Below, piece by piece: positions 29,910-43,235 of a stretch of 64,000 nt of DNA (positions are counted from its first letter, which is position 1; every line of letters begins with the position of its first letter). The stretch comes from the human T2T-CHM13v2.0 reference genome, Homo sapiens, in NCBI RefSeq assembly GCF_009914755.1, contig NC_060933.1, one strand, 5' to 3'. The position numbers and the translations under genes are program-made. The notes beneath the pieces were generated by a model. The model was not told the origin of the DNA. It did not search any database and saw nothing but the letters and a program-made list of their open reading frames with translations.

Positions 29910-30471
29910 TGTTGACAGTGGCCATAAGCCATGATAGCCACACTCTAGGAGAGCTCTGATAGGATGAGGAGTGGGGGAGCAAGTTAGGTTCGAGTGTGTG
30001 GGTCAAGTGAGACACAAGGAGGAGGTGAAATCAAAATGCGTAACACAAAATAAATTTATCGCTCAGCATTCTCAGAGAGATTAGGGGTGCCAGAGGGAAG
30101 GCCGATGGGAAGTATGAAGGCAACATGGAGCTCAACTAGCTGGTGATGAATAGGAGAGTAAGTATCTCTAGGATCATGCCTTTAATAAGGGCCATGAGCC
30201 TTGTTTCTTAGGCTTTCCTGGGGGGGCTACGGGTTGGCTAGTTTAAAGAAAACATCCTTGAGGTAGGGGACTTATTTACATGACTCTGGTGTTGACCAGT
30301 AGTTTTTATTACGTTCAGCAGCTGTGGGATTTGTTGTGATTAGGGTCACTGGGATGAGAAAAACATTGGCTATATTGCAAATAACCACATGGGAGAGAAA
30401 GTTAAGGTGAGGAGATACAACTGGGTTTCAGACAACTTATTTCCAGCCTAAAAATGAATGCTGAGGCAGCA
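29910..30471 (-). mobile_element. Probable ERVL solo LTR (MER54/73/74-like)
   Basis: TG...CA-bounded purine-rich block; reverse-complement start TGCTGCCTCAGCATTCATTTTTAGGC. Confidence 0.5.
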
Positions 30472-32791
30472 AACAAATTTATGACAATAATATAAGTGAA
30501 GTATCAATTTTATAAATAAAAAGAAAGAAGAGAGACAGAAGCTAACATAGCAGATGACAAAATCAGAGTTTGAAATTATCTTCACAGGCCAGGAAGTTGA
30601 GCCAAAATCAACAGGATGACAGCATATGTCTATATGCTGGCTTGTAGGTTCAGCAAACTGTTTACATAAGTTCGGTATTTTAAATAGTATTTTAAGTTCA
30701 GGACTCCAGTGAGTCCTCCTCACTAAAATGTGATCTGTTTATCTCAGTTCTTCACTGCTTACCACAGTACCTAGCAGTTAGGATGCTCAAAAAATGTTTA
30801 GTGAATGCAGGTAGAGATGCCTCTTATCCTGAATGCTATAGATCTCATGAAAAGGTAATCAATGCATGTAGATGCCACTATCCCTCTGCAGTTGCTGAGG
30901 ATATAAGAACCCCATACCCACAACTGATGTTAGCATTCCAAATCAAATTCAGCAATTACAGTTTCCATACCTGATTGAAAATTTTACTTTAAGCATTTAA
31001 TTAAGCAGTAGTAAATTCAATTAGCTACTGTAATTTCACAATTCTGAGTGTGACCTCCTTCTCAGAAAGAAAATGTAGCAGTTACTAGCTGAATAAAATG
31101 GTATTTGGGTCCATCACTTGCCACTATTGTTAGACTTATCAATTGTTTGGCACTACAGTGCTGTAATTTAATCTTTGATACCACCTCATGTCTTTATGTT
31201 TACCAGCTAAGTAATTTCCATGCATCTGGTTAAGTACTTCCTGTAAAATCTTATTTTTCTTCTGCTATATTTGTATCTCTTACTTTCTCTTTGTTAGTAT
31301 GAAAACCTGAAACTGACCTTTTTTGAAAATTAACTATATGTTAATTACTTGACCCTAGGAATGATTTAATGCTCTTGCTCTTTTCTTCCTTGACCCTCTT
31401 CTCCCAGGAATATATCTATGTTTTCTATATAAATTCTCTTTCACTATTCTAATAACCATATAGAGAGCAATAATTGGATAACTTTAGCATTCATTATGTA
31501 TAGAATAAGGGGTTTGTGCTGGGTAACACTTCATGCTCCCCACTTGAGCCTTCAGTTAACTCACTTTGATCCTAGATATAAGATCTGGTAGTGGTGTTGT
31601 GAAACCACAGGCTTAAAGCACATCCTAGTATGTGAGCAGCAATGGCTCTATGGAGTACCCTGGTCCATTGGATGAGTGAGACATTTTTCTGTCTGTCTTA
31701 GATTTCTATTGGATGCTGTCTTCTGATGGTTGTGGAATACACTTGTTTTCTGATATAATTTTTAGTCTGAACAAAACATCGTGCCTTAATTTTCAATGGT
31801 GAAAATTTGGAGAATCTCTTTATCCTGGTACAATCCATAGAAGTCCACTGAATAGACACTGAGGCTCCACATAAAAACGTCGATGAAAGATTTGGGTTGA
31901 CAAATGGGAGATGACTCACACCATAATAGGCAAGTAATGGTATTGTACAGAACCTGTGTGTTGCTTGTGTTATTTATTCATCTTTACATTATAATTTTTC
32001 TGTAAAAGTATCCAGCTCCACACTCTTCATTCTCCCCCAAGAACACCCTCATAAAAGACCATGCATGTGTACTAAGTAGAATGATCATGGCGCAATTGGC
32101 ATTTCAGAATTGAGGGTTACATTTTTGCATACACGACATAGGTGCCTATTGATCAAGGGTGTACATTAAGATGTTAAAACTCCACACACGATTCTCAGCA
32201 AAAATTGTAAAGCATTTAAATTCATAGTTACCAATTGAGACCCACAGTGATCTTAACAATTTATATGATCCAAATATTAAATAACAAAAATCAGTGGATC
32301 AGCATGTGGATAGTGGTAGGTGTTTATGCCAATGCCAGTAGTTGCTCAGATATTTAAAACTGTTCAAGGAAAGTAACCTAAAGATATGCATAAGCTAAAT
32401 ATACTGCTAACTTAAAAAGTATTGAGTATATATTTTTTAAAGTAGGGGCTACTTGTTGCTTATGAAAGAGGAAAATGCACATAGGATGTCGGAAGAAATC
32501 AGTGGGGTAAAGTGGGTTTACTGTTGAAGAAGTCCTTTTTAATGGCTTTTCAGGCATGATAAGACCCACCTATTTCCAGCTTTTTTCTCTACCAGCCAAT
32601 GACTTTGTGTGCTACTGAGGAAGACCAGAAAGTTGAGTGAAACCTAATTGTTGAACATTCCTCATGCTGCCTCAGCATTGTCTGAGAACATTCTAAACTA
32701 ACAAAACCCAACCATAACGATGTAACTCATCAGATGCACAGACCAGCTTATCATTTGGATTCTGTCAGTTATACCATTGTCCTAAGAGTCC

Positions 32792-32925
32792 TTTTTTTAA
32801 AAAAAAATAGAGATGGAATCTCACTATGCTGCCCAGTCTGGTCTTGAAATTCTGGGCTCAAGTGATCCTCCCTCCTCAGCCTTATGAGTAGCTGGGATTG
32901 TAGGTATGCATTACCATGCCTGGAC
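32792..32925 (-). mobile_element. FLAM/AluJ monomer
   Basis: tctcactatgctgcccagtctggtcttga...gctgggattgtaggtatgca. Confidence 0.85.
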
Positions 32926-32963
32926 CCTAGGATTTTTAAGTTAACAGTCCAAAAAGAATTAAA

Positions 32964-33242
<279 letters not shown>

Positions 33243-34689
33243 CTAAGTAGCAAACTAGCAAACTGGGGCAAAACACCCATAAGTTATCTTTGGTAATGTG
33301 TAAATATGGCTGATCCCTTATTTCAATCTTATCAGACTCATAGGCTTCTGCACTTGCTTACAAGTAGCCAGGGAAAGGGATTGGTGATAGTACCTTGATA
33401 GCTGGTTATAATCTGTAGGTAGTGTAATAGTACATTTGTTTGATTAAATTTGGCCCCTGTTCTCACATCTTTACATTAACTCATTATCTCTTCTAATTTC
33501 TGTGATGATGGGAAACCATTCATCATGTCCTCACTAGACTCACATGAACACCAACAGGACTAGCAGAGATCATGCTGACATCCCAAGAGATGTTCCCAAT
33601 TTCTATTCTGCTTCTTCTGCACATGAAGGGATGTAACAAAGTGATTTAGTCATTCCTTTGGAAAGATGACATCCCTGAAGCTCAATGTTACTACATCGAG
33701 TTATATTGTGATATTAACATTTTTAGAATAACTACAACTTTTACTTAGAAACAAACATTAATATTTATAGGTATTATATTCTCCAGGGATTTCTGGCTAT
33801 GCTTACTCACAAACACACAGAATGAGGACTGCAGGATTTTTGTTTTATCATGTGTTATCACTAAGACCAGAGATAACAATTCAGTGTTCTCAAGTGTGAG
33901 CAATTTTTATCAATTGCGTAATGAGATTTCTTCCAGTGGCATGAACATGACAATCACTCTATCTCCCTAAAATCCTTCTTAAAAATTATGGAAAAACTAA
34001 AATAGTGAAATAAAAATCTGGACAAATGTGTGAACATCTCAAAGAGAATTTGGTGACAAAGTAATCCTGCAAACCTAGAATATGGGTGAACATGATCAAT
34101 ACTACCCCAAAATCATGAGCATTAATAGCAGCATTAATAACAATGAGAATTCACCCCAAAAGGAGATTGTAGATTGAGTGGAACTCTGAAGACAACTGGA
34201 AACATTTGGGAAAACTCTTTTATAAGTTCCAAGTTCAGAGTAAAGAGAAAAGAACAAAGAAAATCACTAAAGGGAGGTTGAGGAATCCAGATATTACCAA
34301 AGCAGTTTAGTTATCAAAGATCCTAGTAATATCAAACAAATATTCCCTTTGAAATGATAACACTTACTTTAAAATAAATGATATTTCAAGAGGCGATGAA
34401 CACAAGTAGAAAACGTGACCATAGAAAAAGATGAAAACAGTAACCCAAGAGTTAAAATGAGCTAAAAGAATTAAGAATAAGATCTAAGTTTGAAAAGCAG
34501 CCAACAATGAAATCTGCACAGGTTCTAAGGCAGTGCTCACTGCTTTAATCATTGCATTTTGCAGTTGCTGTGCTTTCTGAGATATAACTCCTTTTTCTTA
34601 CTGCCCACTCTTCAAACTGGCTCTTTTCCTGAGATGCACAGCATTATTCTTCTGCTGTATTTGAATTTTGCTTTCAGTAGATTTACTTC

Positions 34690-35072
34690 AAGACTATGAA
34701 ATAATTAAAAGTTTACGTGTATAAAATAAAAACATGTTTGAAAATATGGACCTTGAGCTGATCCTAATCTTATAAGAAAGAAATATATTCAAATAACCAG
34801 AGAACTTGAAATATATATTGGATATTAAATGTTACCAGTTTTGTAATTATTTAGATGTGATAAGGCACAGTGGGTTTGTAAACTGCCTTTTTTGAGATGC
34901 GGATTGAATAATTTATGAAGTATTATGAAATACTGCAGCATAAGTAAAATAGCAAAAAGAATAGGTAAAATATGTATAGAAAGACACTGATGGATTCTAA
35001 AGCTAGGTGATGGTCATTGTACTATTTACTTCAGTATGCTTGGAAGTTTTCAAAATTAAAAAGTAAAAAAAG
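34690..35072 (+). mobile_element. Ancient L1ME/L1MC 3' fragment
   Basis: aagctaggtgatgg...gtatgcttggaagttttcaaaattaaaaag. Confidence 0.45.
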
Positions 35073-35325
35073 TGTATGAGGAATTAGGTTTGAGTATGTA
35101 GCAATACAGTTCATTAAACTGTTTATGACTTTGCTGAAATAATTATTATTGTGAAGTATTTCTAGATGGCCCCCTGTTTCTAACACTTCTGAGAATTTCC
35201 CTGTGATCAAGCACTTTCTCATGTGTTAGTTTTTTTTCTTTAAATGTAAATAAAAAATTGTATCACTTTCTAGTCATTGATAATCACAACCAATATTGTA
35301 ACTCATCTTATGAGAAAATGTTTTT

Positions 35326-36210
35326 TTTTTTTATTTTTATTTTTTTTATTTTTATTTTTTTTGGGCTTTCTCAGGCATGCACCTGAAAACTTTTCTTTTT
35401 TTTTTTTTTTTTTATAATACTCTAAGTTTTAGGGTACATGTGCACATTGTGCAGGTTAGTTACATATGTATACATGTGCCATGCTGGTGCGCTGCACCCA
35501 CTAATGTGTCATCTAGCATTAGGTATATCTCCCAATGCTATCCCTCCCCCCTCCCCCGACCCCACCACAGTCCCCAGAGTGTGATATTCCCCTTCCTGTG
35601 TCCATGTGATCTCATTGTTCAATTCCCACCTATGAGTGAGAATATGCGGTGTTTGGTTTTTTGTTCTTGCGATAGTTTACTGAGAATGATGGTTTCCAAT
35701 TTCATCCATGTCCCTACAAAGGATATGAACTCATCATTTTTTAGGGCTGCATAGTATTCCATGGTGTATATGTGCCACATTTTCTTAATCCAGTCTATCA
35801 TTGTTGGACATTTGGGTTGGTTCCAAGTCTTTGCTATTGTGAATAGTGCCGCAATAAACATACGTGTGCATGTGTCTTTATAGCAGCATGATTTATAGCC
35901 CTTTGGGTATATACCCAGTAATGGGATGGCTGGGTCAAATGGTATTTCTAGTTCTAGATCCCTGAGGAATCGCCACACTGACTTCCACAATGGTTGAACT
36001 AGTTTACAGTCCCACCAACAGTGTAAAAGTGTTCCTATTTCTCCACATCCTCTCCAGCACCTGTTGTTTCCTGACTTTTTAATGATTGCCATTCTAACTG
36101 GTGTGAGATGATATCTCATAGTGGTTTTGATTTGCATTTCTCTGATGGCCAGTGATGATGAGCATTTCTTCATGTGTTTTTTGGCTGCATAAATGTCTTC
36201 TTTTGAGAAG
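35326..36210 (-). mobile_element. L1HS (Ta) 5'-truncated LINE-1 with a 33-bp 3' transduction
   Basis: Ta diagnostics ACA (sense gctagatgacACAttagtggg) and G (cttaGagtat); open ORF2 C-terminus (ORF 35619-36173); TSD agaaaatgttttt at 35313-35325 and 36209-36221; TTTT/AA nick site. Confidence 0.95.
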
Positions 36211-36904
36211 AAAATGTTTTTAAAAGCTTCCTTAGGTAGATGCAGTCTCCAGCACCAAGACAGTAAAGAGGGAGTAATACCTCTGCGTTATAAAATATGC
36301 AAATTGAGAGCTAACCAGACGAAACTTGGAAGGAGAGGGTGAGAAGAGGAGTGAGCAATAGTGGAAACTATCATACATGTGGCTACATCACTCAAAGGAG
36401 CCCCCTGCCTCCCAAACATCCACTTGATTCTTTGGCAATTCAGGGTCATTGTTTCTGGAGGAAAGTGAAACAATGAGCAAATAGGGCATCCTCCCACTGC
36501 CCCCTCTGTGTTACGGAATACAGAACATTTTGTGTGCCCTTTAAAAGATGTAAGAGACTCCATTCTTCACCTGGTACCCTTAAAAATCGAGAACTTTTCC
36601 TGTGCAGACATAAGAATTTGCCACCAGTCTCATCTCTGTCCATTTTTAAAAATTTTTTTCTAGGCCCAATTTAGGTTCAAATGAAGAAACAAGCTATACA
36701 TTATCTCTCATTTCTATCCTGATGACAAGCACATCCCTCCCCTCCTCAAACCCTGTGATCTTTCTGTTGTTTTCAAAGGTATTGGCTGATCTTCACTGAT
36801 ACCTGTTTACATCAAAGGCACTAAATGCAGAGGGAAGAGAGTCCCAGGAACCCTTTTCCCTTTTCCCTTGAGGAAAAACAATTAACCCTTATGCTCATGG
36901 CCAC

Positions 36905-37263
36905 TATATTAGTCTGTTTTCACGCTGCTGATAAAGACATATCTGAGATTGGGTAGTTTATAAAGAAAAAGAGGTTTAATGGACTCAGTTTCACGTGGCC
37001 GGGGAAGCCTCACAATCAGGGCAGAAGGCAAGAGGCACATCTTACATGTCGGCAGACAAGAGAGAATGAGAGCCAAGTGAAAGCGGAAGCCACTTATAAA
37101 ACCATCAGATCTCATGACACTTATTCACTACCACGAGAACACTATGGAGGAAACCACTGCCATGATTCAGTTATCTCTTACTGGGTCCCTCCCATAACAC
37201 GTGGGAATTATGGGAGCTACAATTCATGATGAGATTTGGGTGACAACACAGCCAAAATTATCA
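36905..37263 (-). mobile_element. THE1 (B-like) solo LTR
   Basis: THE1 LTR sequence; perfect 5-bp TSD gccac at 36900-36904 and 37264-37268. Confidence 0.92.
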
Positions 37264-39679
37264 GCCACTATAGGGCCTTTTCCCTTCTCTTTAAAACACT
37301 TTTTTTTAAAATTGTTCAAAGAGATACCTTTGAACCCCAGTTTTCTAATATTTCAGTTTTGTACATCTTTGTATTGAAATCCTATGTTTAGTATAAAAAT
37401 CATAAAAAATGCTCTGTATATGAGTAAAAAGACAAAAATATGGAAAAAATAAACAGAGATTCAGCAAATCATTCATATCATAAATATTGTGAAATGTTAC
37501 TTGTCCAAAATTAAGAATTTCTTTCACAATATTTATGGTATGAAGAATTTGCTGATTCTCTATGTGTATCTTTTCCATATTTTTGGTTTGCATTAAATCC
37601 TATGAATTGTAATCCCAGGAAAACCCGCAGATCTTCAACTATAAGCATATTGCCCTTACTTTGAAAACAATTAAATAGCAAAGTAGAAAAACCGGGATTG
37701 ATGATGAAAGTGGGAGGCATGTTATTTTCTAAATAGAAATATGGGAAAGTATACACTGAAAACTCATAACAGAAAAATGGAAAATAACTCAAGCAGACTT
37801 TTCCGTAGGGGCAAACAACCCTCCATTTCCCATGTAATTCTAAAGGCATCATCAAACTGCTGCCTGCTCACCTTCAAGACAATGACACTGAGCTACCAAG
37901 GAAAAGATAGAATAAACATCAAATTCATCTTTAGTCCACTTTCTTCCAAGTGCTAAAATTGTAGATTTGAGTGGTCATGATATAAAAAATAAAAATGTAT
38001 TATCTGGGAGTTTAGTAATATGGAATTAAATAAATTCCCAATGAATTTATTTAAATGAAGATTCTCTGGTAACATAAAATAATGGTAAATGTGAAATTCT
38101 TTCCTCTCTTCTCTAAACATATATTTTGAATCCTGACTCTGATAATTTATAGCTGTGTGACGTTATGAAAACAACTAATCTGTCTTAGCCTCAGTTTTCT
38201 TATCCATCAATCAGGAGTAGAATTCATTAATAGCTTCATAAAATATCCTGGCTAGGATTTGCCGAATTAGAAATACATATTTTTAATAGTATTTAAAAAT
38301 TCTTTTTCTTCATCTTGTAAATTATTTTAAACAAATTTTAGAGCATGTGAGACTTCTTTTTATCCCAAAAAAGTTCCCTTATTCAATAGAATTTTCCTCA
38401 AAGACATGTTTAAATGTGTCTGCGAAATATAAAGATTTCTATTCTTGAAAAATAACTATTATAGCACATAGATATATATGAAAACTAAGATGGCAAACTA
38501 AATGAAGTCAACAAAACAGTCAAAACAACATGCTTACATTTAAAGCCTTTTCCCTTGAGTAAAGGCATACTGCCTGGAACTCCTATCCTGAGTTGGCAAA
38601 CTCCCCACTTTCACACTTAATGATGGCTACTAGGTGTTCTATCAGTATGGATGAACAAAATCAGTACTTCTGCAGAATCAGATAACCTACTTTAAATAAA
38701 CGTAAGGCAGTATTTTACGTCTTTCATCTTGGCAGGTTGTTTTTACAACTTTGTAAGCTAAAAGATATGAACCTCTGCGGATAAATGCTGCTTGGGGCTG
38801 AATAGCTTCACTCGTTCATCAGACTTTTGATGTTAGCGAACTACAGTGGAAAATTCGGAGGAGTATTATGAATTCACAGCAACTGTGGATGAGTGGCTGG
38901 GGATTAGGGAGAATTCGTTTTAGCCTCCTGTTATCTGTCCCTTGTCAGAACAGAACTCTGTAATGCTTGACTGCCTTTCAGTGCTAAATGTGATGGTAAA
39001 ACCTGGTGATGATGACTACTTTAAGAGGATATAAATAATATCTAACGTTTGTATAACACAATATCATTTTAAAAGCACTTGCACATTCATTCTCCAATTT
39101 CACCCTCACAACAATCTTATGAGACAGGTAATAATCTTTTTCTTTTTTTCCTGTTTTGTTTTGTTTTTTAAAAAAATCGAAAACTAAGGCTCAGGGATTA
39201 CAATGGACTTGAGAAAGTGAACAATGTCTGAAAATGGAAAGTGAAGGTCAATATGCCTCCACATTTTATGGAAACTAAGGCCTGAATTTACTAGCTGTAT
39301 GAGCTTGAACGACTGATTGAATGTGAAGCATTTTTCTTGAGGTTTGATTGGGAAAATGTTATGGCCCACAAGGGAGTGATTAGCATCAGATGAGAATACA
39401 TTTAATATATTCTCATGATGTGTAACTTGTAATAGATGCTCATCACCTATATTTCCTTCTTGTATTTCCAAACTTCTTGCTTTTTTACAATTTACTTCTC
39501 AACCTCTGAGTCGAGTTAGCCCCTAGTATAATTTATGTGAACAAATAAAAATCATGTGACTTAATGAGAAGTTGGACTAAGTGAATAGGTGCCCAGATTT
39601 TAGTACTGCATTATAATAGCTTATTGTTTGTCCAACGACAAGCTATTTTACACTTTTTTATCTATGAAAAGAGGAAAAT

Positions 39680-39973
<294 letters not shown>

Positions 39974-40471
39974 GGAAAATGACTTACTATTTCATAAAGT
40001 TTTTTTTAACCTCTAAATCTATCAAAGAAATTAAAGGGAGGGAAGGGTACAATGGTGTTTTGGACACTATTTGGCGTTTTTGAAAACTATTGTGACATTT
40101 CTGAATTCAGATTTAAAATAAGTATTTATTAATCACTAAAGACAGGACACATAGTTATAACAAGACTATTACAATACTAAAATGATGGCATAGCTCAAAG
40201 AGAACTTCAGACCTCCAGCTTACCATAGGATGTCTGTCTATTCAGCTACCCCTGAAGTTGCCTCTGCTAACTTCAGTAGTATGTGTTTTCTTACCTTGAA
40301 ACAATAAAAGTTTAAAGTCAAGAAAACAAAACTAAAAACTTTCTACTCTTTTAAACAGGCCTTAGTTTCAATACAAAGTAGAGATATATTGAACTAAACT
40401 TTCCATTTTTAAACATTGTTTACTTTCTCAAGTCACTTGCAATCCCTGAGCCTTAGTTTCTGCCTTTGTTT

Positions 40472-40539
40472 AAAACAAAACAAAAAAAAAAGTAAAAAAA
40501 AAAAAAAAAAAAAAAAAGAAAAGAAAAAACAAACAAAAA
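40472..40539 (+). repeat. Long poly(A)-rich tract
   Basis: Directly visible. Confidence 0.9.
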
Positions 40540-41043
40540 CTTCTGAAAGAAACACACTCACAAGGAAACTGTGCAATTAAAACCATTCCTGGTTTCACAT
40601 CACGACAACAAGTTCTCCACTTCTTAAAAACAGAGATTGCCAGGAAAAAGATTAAAGGTCATTTTGCTTCACACCAATGTTTTGTCTTTGGACTCAGCTA
40701 CAAAATCGGTGTTCTAGTTGGAAATGTGAATAATCCTGACTATGAAACAAAGGTGATGATTTGGTGGAGCTGACATACTTCTGGCCAAACTTCTAAATAA
40801 CAGTTTTTTCTGCAACTACTTTCAGAATCAAAAATATACTCAATGCTCCAGAGCAGCATCATAAATAGTATTTAGAATCTTCTTTGGGGTAGAATTCCAG
40901 CAAATTATGACATATAGAACATATATATGTGATTATATATTTTTATTTGAGAAGGCAGCAGAAAGCAATTATAAAATATGTAAGACTAGGACATATTTCA
41001 CATTTCTTGGATACTTCTCTATTTTCTTTTAAAAAACTCAGGT

Positions 41044-41303
41044 GCTTTGGGAGGCTAAGGCGGGCAGAACACTTGAGGTCAAGAGACCAGGCTGGCAAAC
41101 AAGCCAAAACCTCATCTCTACTTAAAAAATACCAAAACTATCCAGGTGTGATAGTGCATGTCCGTAGTCCCAGCTACTCAGGAGGCTGAGGCCGGAAATT
41201 CACTTGAACTCGGGACAGAGGTTGCACTAAGCTGAGATCATGCCACTTCACTCCAGCCTGGGTGACAGAGCAAGACTCTATCTCAAAAAACAACAACAAT
41301 AAC
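41044..41303 (+). mobile_element. 5'-truncated diverged Alu (J/S)
   Basis: Alu sequence with a (CAA)n tail; TSD aactcaggt at 41035-41043 and 41304-41312. Confidence 0.88.
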
Positions 41304-41735
41304 AACTCAGGTTATAAGCTTTTAATATGTATTTCCAAATTTTATTATATTTGATTACAAATGATAATTACTCCATACTATCCCTTTTTCATCCGTTTAA
41401 TACTTTCCAGTCTGTTAGATAAGAAATAACTATCTCTGTTTTAATTTGCTTTTTAATTTATTTTTAGTGAGATTGTACAACTTTCAAAACGTAGGAGATG
41501 CAGTCAAAGCTGAAATCAAAAACATTCAGAGCATTGGATGTTTTTATAATCAAACATGGAAAAACAAAACTAAGTTAAATAAGCGTTACATTTTATAAAT
41601 TTTAAAAATTAAGGCGCAGTCTGGGGGGGAAGGATAAAAATGGGCTTAATAAATGTAAAATAAAAATTAACAACAAAAAATAATTGAGTAACAGACCCAA
41701 CCTAGTAAGACCAAAAAGAAATAGAGGTGAGCTAT

Positions 41736-41806
41736 GATAAAGGTAATTATATGTTATAGCTAAAGATAAATTATATGTTATAGCTAAAGATAAAGGTAAT
41801 TATATG
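41736..41806. repeat. Short tandem duplication (24-bp unit x2, with an 18-bp repeat overlapping its ends)
   Basis: aattatatgttatagctaaagata at 41745-41768 and 41769-41792. Confidence 0.9.
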
Positions 41807-42856
41807 ATACATGTAAAATGTTATTTAATAGAAAATCAAGGAACTAAACTATAAGTAATATGATAATTACAAGTAGGGTGACTAACGTATTATCCAAACC
41901 ATTATTTTTTTAGAAATGAAAAGAGCTGCTATAATAATTATATCAGAACCACAAGTGTCAAATGGTACTATTCCAGGCAAAATGGGAGGGAGATAAGTTG
42001 TAAGTCAAATATAGAGACATCAGTTGCTTTTCTGTACACCAGATGTGAAAACTGACATAACACAATGAATGAGACCCTCAAATGAAGGTCAAAAACCTAA
42101 CAAATGCTATAAATATACACTGAATCTTTATTGAAGAAAAGCATAAAACTTTAAGGATGTAAAACGAGTAAATGAAGAAAATTGCCTTCCTGGATGGGAA
42201 AGTCTAATATAATTAAGACTTTCCCAAATTAACTTAAAACTATAAGGAAATTAGAATAAAATCTTTATTTTCCTTGTTTAGAGGGGTAGGTGAAGGGAGT
42301 ATTGACTAGTTGAAATGGTTGTATGGATGAATAATGCATAAAGATAGTGCAGACAAATTAGAAAATGGATGAAAATGGACTTGGACTGAACAAAAGTATA
42401 AAGCCACACTAAGTCAAAGAGTGTGCTATTGATGGGCATTTAATGTTAAAATACTAACAATATAATGTGAAGTACTTGCATTAATACACTATATTACTAA
42501 TTACATATTAAAGCATATTAATATCTTTAAGCTTTCTGCTAATCCTGCGACATCAGTCTTTGTTGTCAACATCCCCTTGGAAAATTCTTATCATTACAAG
42601 ATTTTGAAAATATAGAGAAACAAATTAAATCAATAAACCAAGCTATTGTAGTTCTTAAGCTTGTATATACAGAGTAAGACAAATGGAATCCAAATATGAT
42701 GTACTAACTTCCTGGTCTTTATGAGTACTGGAGCTGGATAATTAGGTTCGAATTCTAACTCTGTTCCTTTCATTCAGTGTGATTTTGTGCAAATTACTTA
42801 ACTCTTGGTGTTCCAATTTCCTCAATTGTTAAATGAAACTAATAATAGTGCCTTAC

Positions 42857-43235
42857 TGTATCAGTCAATACTAATAAAAAACAACCATTAAATCTCAATG
42901 GTGTTCAATATAGGAAACATTAATTTAGCTGACATTTCTGTGGTCAACTGGGGCTTGGATGATCTGATGAGTCCCAGTTGGTGGCAGCTTGTTTCTGATG
43001 TCTCTGTTCCACATATTTATCATCCTCCTCCTAGGACCAGCAGTCTAGTCTGGACTAGTTATTCCCACTGTGAGAGGAGAACCTCAATCATGCTAGGACC
43101 TTCCAAGCCTTTGGTTGCATTATATCTGCTAACATTCTCTTGGTTAAAGCAAGTCATAGGACCAAACTCCAAGTCAAAAGACAAAGAGATTAACTCCACC
43201 CAATAAGGCAGTGTGGAGAGTGAATATTTTTTAAT
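42857..43235 (-). mobile_element. Old MLT1 (J/K-like) LTR
   Basis: tgtatcagtca...tctgctaacattctcttggttaaagcaagtcatag...aactccaagtcaa. Confidence 0.6.

Noticed and set aside
31690-32360. Non-repetitive-looking stretch with a 73-aa ORF
   Set aside because: No recognisable homology or splice structure; may be an ancient repeat I cannot identify.
38700-38950. Unique, slightly CpG-enriched stretch with a possible splice acceptor (cttggcag|g)
   Set aside because: All three plus-strand frames stop shortly after the acceptor; a non-coding exon or enhancer cannot be supported without expression or conservation data.
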